A stretch of DNA of 32,000 nucleotides, taken from positions 1,680,001 to 1,712,000 of the forward strand of contig NC_022349.1 of assembly GCF_000354175.2 (NCBI RefSeq), written 5' to 3'. A model generated the notes under the pieces. It was not told the origin of the DNA. It searched no databases and saw nothing but the letters and a program-made list of their open reading frames with translations. Positions within the stretch are counted from its first letter, which is position 1; the number at the start of each line of letters is the position of its first letter. Positions 26,614 through 32,000 of the stretch are shown here, piece by piece. Both the position numbers and the translations under genes were made by a program. Origin of the DNA: Vibrio alginolyticus NBRC 15630 = ATCC 17749. GTDB lineage: Bacteria > Pseudomonadota > Gammaproteobacteria > Enterobacterales > Vibrionaceae.

Positions 26614-28986
26614 CTACCAATCAAATATGCTATTTAACCAGTTTGATTTCTTCTCACACTGTTGCTTTATCTGACCGGTTTTATCCCAAACCGGCAGTTT
26701 GTAATCACTACGGCAGTTCATTTCTAAACCTCCATCAGATGTAGGCTTGAACCCTAATGTGGTGATTTCTCTTGGCCATGGGAGCTCTAAGCGCTCAGGA
26801 ATACGCTGCTTCAAGTACTCTGCGTACACTCGTAATGCACCACTCGACCCCGTTAGATTCACGGGTTTATTATCGTCGCGGCCTAGCCAAATTGTCGTCA
26901 CCTCCCGACCATCAACACCGACAAACCAACTATCGCGGTTGTCATTACTGGTACCCGTTTTTCCTGCCAATGCAGCCCAACCAAACTGGCTTTGTAAGAA
27001 GCGGCCAGTGCCTTGAGCAACCCCTTGTTTCATCGCGTAGGTCGTTAGCCATGCAGCTTGTTCATCCACGGCTCTTGATGAACGAGGCAAGGATTGATAC
27101 AGCACATTACCTTCCATATCCATGACTGAGCGCAGAGCGGTCAGTTTTGCACGCTTACCTGAATTCGTCAGAGTCTGATACATCTGTGCGACTTCGAATG
27201 GCGTCAAAGAAAACGAACCCAAAAACATCGAAGGCACTGGGCGAATTTCGTCTTTGTTCACGCCCAAACGCTCTAAAGTATTGGAGACTTCAGGAATGCC
27301 AAGTGCCATACCTAAGCGCACGGTTGGTACGTTAAGTGATTTCGCTAAAGCAATGTAAAGTGGCACATCACCACGATATTTTCTATCGTAGTTGCGCGGC
27401 GTCCACACGTTACCTTTACTGCTCTTCAGACTTAACGGCGTGTCGTGTAGCGTCGTGCCTAGGTTGTATTTATCCGGTTGTTCTAGAGCCGTTAAGTAAA
27501 TCGCTGGTTTCACTAAAGAACCAATTGGACGACTGGCATTGAGCGCTCGGTTAAAGCCTTCATAACCGACACGTTTACCACCAACCATCGCACGGATTTC
27601 ACCACTATGGCGATCAACGGCCACAGCAGCGGCTTCTAACTCTTTACCACCCCGTTTAGCTAGTTCTGGGATCTTTTTCGCGATAGCTTGTTCCATTTTG
27701 CTTTGCGATACTGGGTCCAGAGACGTAAATACGCGCAGTCCGGTCTCTGCTTTAAATCGCTCCCCAACTTTTTCTTTTAATTCAATGCTCAATTGTTGGA
27801 AATAAGCTGGCTGACGGCTCGCAATACGTGGCTTGCTTTGCGTATCGAGTGGACGACTTACAGCTTGTTCATACTGCTCTGAAGTCAACATGTTTTGCTG
27901 CATTAACAGGCGCAGAACGAGATCACGACGCTCTTTCGTTCTCTCAGGGTAACGAATTGGGTTGTAGTAAGACGGTCCTTTTACCATCCCAACTAACATC
28001 GCCAGTTGATCGATTCGCAACTCCTGAATTGGCTGCCCAAAATAGTAACGCGACGCCAAGCCAAACCCGTGGATCGCTTCACCTCCACTTTGACCTAGGT
28101 ACACTTCGTTTAGGTAGGCTTCTAAGATACGATCTTTGCTGTAACGGTAATCCAAAATTAGCGCGATATACGCTTCTCGAACTTTACGCCACAGTGTTTT
28201 ATCACGAGTCAAAAACAGGTTTTTTGCCAATTGCTGAGTCAGCGTACTACCACCTTGAACAGTACGACCCGCCTTAATGTTCGCAACCAATGCACGTGCA
28301 ATCGCGAGCGGTGACACCCCGTCATGTTGATAAAAATCCCGGTCTTCGGTCGCAAGCAGTGCATCCACCAAAATTTCAGGGAACTGATCACGACGTAAGA
28401 AAAGGCGCTGTTCATCACGGTCTTTCTCCAGCATGCCCAACATCTTCGGTTCTAGGCGCAAGTAACCAAGGTCTCCTCGAGATTCTAAAGACTGAATACG
28501 TTGCAAACCGGAATCAGAGAAATGCAGCATAATGTGACGATCTGGCTCGGGACCATCGGCAAACTCGAATGGACGACGAATCAATTCAATCCGAGTGGAA
28601 GAAGAGGAATATTCGCCTGGGTAACGAGGTTGACTCACTTTACGGTAATTCAACACATCTAGCTCGTTGCGCAGTTCTTGGATGGTGATATTCTCACCAG
28701 GGCTTAGATTCAAGATACGGGCATAAACCACCGTTGGCAGCTCAAACAGCTGGCCTTCAAAGCGTTCTTTCACCACACTATCTAAGTAAATCCCAACAAA
28801 CAGCAAAACAGCGGCAAGTGCAACGCCAGCTTTCCAGCTAAACGACCACAGAACTTTCAACCACGAACGTTTCTCGTTAGTCGGCTTTTTACTCGGCGTA
28901 CGTCGAGTCTGTTTTGCGGCTCCTTTATTGGTTGTACTTTTCTTCGCTGGCGCTTTTTTCGCGCTAGGCTTCTTGCTGTCAGTCAT
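26614..28986 (-). CDS. mrcB: Penicillin-binding protein 1B (bifunctional glycosyltransferase/transpeptidase)
   Basis: 790 aa. It has a Lys/Thr/Pro-rich cytoplasmic tail and a TM helix. The GT51 motifs are EDRDFYQHDGV and GGSTLTQQLAKN. The transpeptidase motifs are SLVK, SLN and KTGTS. Confidence 0.96.
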   Translation of the reverse strand: MTDSKKPSAKKAPAKKSTTNKGAAKQTRRTPSKKPTNEKRSWLKVLWSFSWKAGVALAAVLLFVGIYLDSVVKERFEGQLFELPTVVYARILNLSPGENITIQELRNELDVLNYRKVSQPRYPGEYSSSSTRIELIRRPFEFADGPEPDRHIMLHFSDSGLQRIQSLESRGDLGYLRLEPKMLGMLEKDRDEQRLFLRRDQFPEILVDALLATEDRDFYQHDGVSPLAIARALVANIKAGRTVQGGSTLTQQLAKNLFLTRDKTLWRKVREAYIALILDYRYSKDRILEAYLNEVYLGQSGGEAIHGFGLASRYYFGQPIQELRIDQLAMLVGMVKGPSYYNPIRYPERTKERRDLVLRLLMQQNMLTSEQYEQAVSRPLDTQSKPRIASRQPAYFQQLSIELKEKVGERFKAETGLRVFTSLDPVSQSKMEQAIAKKIPELAKRGGKELEAAAVAVDRHSGEIRAMVGGKRVGYEGFNRALNASRPIGSLVKPAIYLTALEQPDKYNLGTTLHDTPLSLKSSKGNVWTPRNYDRKYRGDVPLYIALAKSLNVPTVRLGMALGIPEVSNTLERLGVNKDEIRPVPSMFLGSFSLTPFEVAQMYQTLTNSGKRAKLTALRSVMDMEGNVLYQSLPRSSRAVDEQAAWLTTYAMKQGVAQGTGRFLQSQFGWAALAGKTGTSNDNRDSWFVGVDGREVTTIWLGRDDNKPVNLTGSSGALRVYAEYLKQRIPERLELPWPREITTLGFKPTSDGGLEMNCRSDYKLPVWDKTGQIKQQCEKKSNWLNSIFDW

Positions 28987-31480
28987 TATTCAATTGTCTT
29001 TTTGTTTTCGTTGTTGCTACATGATTGGCAGGATCATCTGGCCAAACGTGTTTTGGGTAGCGCCCTTTCATCTCTTTTTGAACGTCTTTGTAGCTTCCGT
29101 TCCAGAAAGCCGCCAAGTCCGACGTTACTTGCAATGGACGTTGTGCCGGTGAAAGCAGTTCAAGCACCAAACGCTTGCGGCCAAGAGCCACCGTTGGGGA
29201 ACCACTCTCCCCAAATACTTCTTGCATACGCACCGATAATATCGGCTCATGGCCATATTGGTAACGGATACGCTTCTTTGAACCTGTGGGCAGTTGGTAA
29301 TGCTCAGGTAACCATTCATCCAGTTGTTGATTGAGTGGCCAACCTAATCGAGCATTAAGCGCTTCGACCAAGTTTATCTTGCTCAGGTCTTTAACCGAAC
29401 TGACAGACGTCATGTATGGTTCTAACCACTCCTCTAATGAATCCAGCAAACTGACTTCATCAAACATTGGCCATGACTGCTCAGGTAACCATTCCACCGC
29501 ACAACGAACCCGAGCTAACAAGCTCTCCGCTGCCGGTGTCCAGTTTAGACTCTGTAAGCCCTGGCGGCGGACATACGTGAGTAAAGCTTGTGTCATTTTT
29601 TCTTTGCCCGGGCTTGGCAACGGCTCGCGTTCAACGACCAGCAGACCGAGTTTTGTTTGTCGCTCAGCTATTAGACGGCCTCTTTTTTCATCCCAGTCCA
29701 CTACTTCTTCAGACGAAAATAGCGTATCAAAGGTCGTTCGCAATATATTGACATCCAATTCACATGCCGAATGAATTTGACTTGAATTAGAATGAGAACG
29801 CATTAAGTCAACGGCAACCAAATACTCACAGCCACCTAGCATGTCTTCCTGACGACATTCTGCACCATGACCATTAGCCAAAGTAAATCGCCCAAATTGA
29901 TTTGTGCGCTGCTGTGCAATGCGATCTGGAAATGCCAAACTTAACACCAGCGGTAATGCATCTTCATCCACGCCTTTCAGGTCAAATACCGTATCCAATT
30001 TGTACGCCAGAGATTGAGCACGCTTGAACAACATCGACTTTTTTGGATGAGTACCAACAAGCCAACGATGCAAGCTATAAGCGATATTGGTAACATTTCT
30101 CTCTGGCTCTTCAATCAGTGCGACCGCCGCCAAAGCAGCATTTAACATCTTATCACTGTAAGATTGCGCTTTAATTAGCATCGCAGCCGCACGAGGCTCA
30201 ACGCCTAGTTCATGCGCCTGTTTTCCTTCGGACGTTAATTGCCCTTTTTCCGTCAGTAGTCCCAATGACACCAATAGCTGCTTCGCTTGTTCCAATGACG
30301 CATTAGCGGGAACATCAAGCCACTTTAGATCGTGGATATCACTCGCTCCCCAAAAGGCAAGCTCCATAACTAAACTAGCTAAATCGGAATGCAAAATTTC
30401 GGGTTGGGGAACCAGCGGTTGCTGCTTGAACTGGTTTTCAGAATAAAGACGAACACAAATGCCCTCTTCTATTCGTCCCGCTCGTCCTGCACGCTGAATC
30501 GCTGAAGACTGTGCAATGCGTGTTTGCTCTAAGCGTGTTAAACCGTTTTTCAAATCAAAGCGGGCAATACGCTCTAACCCAGAATCAACGACGAGGCGAA
30601 TGCCTTCAATCGTTAGTGAAGTTTCTGCAATGTTGGTCGCTAGAACGACTTTACGCTTACCTTGTTCTGCTGGCGTAATCGCTTTTTGTTGATCTGCAAA
30701 GCTCAGTTGACCATAAAGTGGGCATACGTCGATATCATCCGCTAAATGAGACAACCGCTCTTCAACTTGTTTTATGGCACCAACACCCGGTAGGAAAGCT
30801 AACAAAGATCCAGACTCTTTGTTCATAAGACTTTCTATTGTTTTTGCCATACTCGTAGGTAAATGCTCGTTCACACCTAACGGCTGGTAGCGCATTGCCA
30901 CATCAAAGCTGCGCCCTTCAGATTCAATGTAACTAGCTTCCGGCAACAACGATTGTAATGCTTGTTGGTCAAGCGTTGCCGACATTACCACCAGCTTGAG
31001 ATCGTCTCGCAATGCCTCTTGAACTTCTAAACTGAATGCCAAAGCGGTATCGGCATGAATGCTGCGTTCATGAAACTCATCAAAGATCAGTAGATCAACC
31101 CCATCCAGTTCAGGGTCAGTTTGGATCATCCTGGTCATGATCCCTTCGGTCACGATCTCCAGCTGCGTTGCAGAACTTACCTTTGCCTCGCCACGAACTC
31201 GATAACCCACGCGTTGACCAACTTGTTCTCCCAATTGCTCAGCAAGATAACGGGCAATGTTACGCGCCGCGAGTCGTCTTGGCTCAAGCATGATGATTTT
31301 TCCAGCAACCGAATGATTTAAGAGTAACTGCAAAGGGAAGTAAGTCGACTTACCGGCACCAGGCGCCGCTTTTAAGATCACTTGATGTTGATTTTTGACC
31401 GCCGTCAGCAACTCAGGCATCACGGCTTCAATCGGCAATTGTGACAAAGGAAATACCTTATGGTGTAATGGTGGCAACAT
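28979..31480 (-). CDS. hrpB: ATP-dependent DEAH-box RNA helicase HrpB
   Basis: 833 aa. The motifs are Walker A APGAGKST, DEFH, SAT and QRAGRAGR, plus a C-terminal HrpB domain. The stop overlaps the mrcB ATG by 8 nt. An alternative TTG start at 31447 would give MSQLPIEAV..., which aligns better with the enterobacterial N-terminus as I recall it. Confidence 0.93.
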   Translation of the reverse strand: MLPPLHHKVFPLSQLPIEAVMPELLTAVKNQHQVILKAAPGAGKSTYFPLQLLLNHSVAGKIIMLEPRRLAARNIARYLAEQLGEQVGQRVGYRVRGEAKVSSATQLEIVTEGIMTRMIQTDPELDGVDLLIFDEFHERSIHADTALAFSLEVQEALRDDLKLVVMSATLDQQALQSLLPEASYIESEGRSFDVAMRYQPLGVNEHLPTSMAKTIESLMNKESGSLLAFLPGVGAIKQVEERLSHLADDIDVCPLYGQLSFADQQKAITPAEQGKRKVVLATNIAETSLTIEGIRLVVDSGLERIARFDLKNGLTRLEQTRIAQSSAIQRAGRAGRIEEGICVRLYSENQFKQQPLVPQPEILHSDLASLVMELAFWGASDIHDLKWLDVPANASLEQAKQLLVSLGLLTEKGQLTSEGKQAHELGVEPRAAAMLIKAQSYSDKMLNAALAAVALIEEPERNVTNIAYSLHRWLVGTHPKKSMLFKRAQSLAYKLDTVFDLKGVDEDALPLVLSLAFPDRIAQQRTNQFGRFTLANGHGAECRQEDMLGGCEYLVAVDLMRSHSNSSQIHSACELDVNILRTTFDTLFSSEEVVDWDEKRGRLIAERQTKLGLLVVEREPLPSPGKEKMTQALLTYVRRQGLQSLNWTPAAESLLARVRCAVEWLPEQSWPMFDEVSLLDSLEEWLEPYMTSVSSVKDLSKINLVEALNARLGWPLNQQLDEWLPEHYQLPTGSKKRIRYQYGHEPILSVRMQEVFGESGSPTVALGRKRLVLELLSPAQRPLQVTSDLAAFWNGSYKDVQKEMKGRYPKHVWPDDPANHVATTKTKRQLNND

Positions 31481-31513
31481 TGTACATAAAAAATTTTTTG
31501 TCTAAATAAGCAA

Positions 31514-32000
31514 ATGCATTTCACACCCGCTTTAGAGTCCGCCACTCTACTCAAACGTTATAAACGCTTTCTTGCCGATATCGAGCTCGATACTGGTGAA
31601 ATCCGTACAATCCACTGCGCAAATACAGGTGCAATGACGGGTTGTGCAACGCCCGGAAACAAAGTTTGGTTTTCTACTTCCGACAACCCGAAACGAAAAT
31701 ACCCCAATAGTTGGGAGTTGAGTGAGACCGAACAAGGCCACCGTATTTGTATCAACACCGCGCGTGCCAATCAATTAGCCGTAGAGGCTATTGAAAATAA
31801 TGTCATTTCAGAGCTTTATGGTTATGACACACTTCAAACTGAGGTGAAATACGGCAATGAAAATAGCCGAATTGATATCTTGCTCAGCGCAGACGACAAG
31901 CCAAAGTGCTATATAGAAGTGAAAAGCGTCACTCTTCTTGATGAGACCGACTCTACTGGACAAGGATACTTCCCAGATGCGGTCACGACTCGGGGACAAA
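31514..32000 (+). CDS. sfsA: Sugar fermentation stimulation protein A (SfsA), 5' partial, continues beyond the window
   Basis: This ORF is not in the supplied track because no stop falls within the window. My own translation from the ATG at 31514 gives [69 protein letters not shown]...IEVKSVTLL...[12 protein letters not shown]. This is collinear with E. coli SfsA ([23 protein letters not shown]...[15 protein letters not shown]...). Confidence 0.9.
   Translation, partial: MHFTPALESATLLKRYKRFLADIELDTGEIRTIHCANTGAMTGCATPGNKVWFSTSDNPKRKYPNSWELSETEQGHRICINTARANQLAVEAIENNVISELYGYDTLQTEVKYGNENSRIDILLSADDKPKCYIEVKSVTLLDETDSTGQGYFPDAVTTRGQ

Noticed and set aside
27828-29774. Plus-strand ORFs of 149 aa (27828-28277), 80 aa, 74 aa, 110 aa and 147 aa (29331-29774) opposite mrcB and hrpB
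   Set aside because: The reasoning is the same as for the chbP antisense ORFs. They are antisense to well-supported genes and have no motifs, biased composition and no translation signals.

Overview
This window looks like ordinary core chromosome of a Vibrio, probably a Harveyi-clade-like large chromosome, with GC roughly mid-40s % by eye and no compositional break. Known gene families account for all of the long ORFs.

**Plus strand, 413-14963.** A complete 10-gene chitobiose/(GlcNAc)2 utilisation (chb) operon:
- periplasmic chitin-oligosaccharide binding protein
- two Opp/Dpp-type permeases
- two ATPases
- a cytoplasmic GH9 enzyme
- a BadF-type GlcNAc kinase
- a GH20 beta-N-acetylhexosaminidase
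- a GH94 chitobiose phosphorylase
- a phosphohexomutase

**Minus strand, 15121-31480.**
- fbpCBA ferric-iron ABC importer, with a Fur box
- glnK-amtB, with a sigma-54 promoter
- yacL
- acnB
- a PlpD-like patatin/POTRA/Omp85 (type Vd) lipase
- mrcB (PBP1b)
- hrpB

**Plus strand, 31514 to window end.** The 5' part of sfsA. It is missing from the ORF track because it runs off the window.

The gene order matches what I remember of V. cholerae VC0620-VC0601, but I could not check that here.

I found no tRNA or rRNA, CRISPR, integrase or transposase, prophage remnant, toxin-antitoxin-like pair or defence-type gene. **I therefore do not think this window contains a previously undescribed multi-gene system.**

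The findings are small-scale and of modest interest. They are candidate operator repeats, intra-operon hairpins, an NtrC-like dyad inside a terminator, a mini-uORF and anti-SD in the acnB leader, an unexplained 11-bp repeat, and start-codon corrections. The least-characterised proteins present are the PlpD-like protein and YacL.
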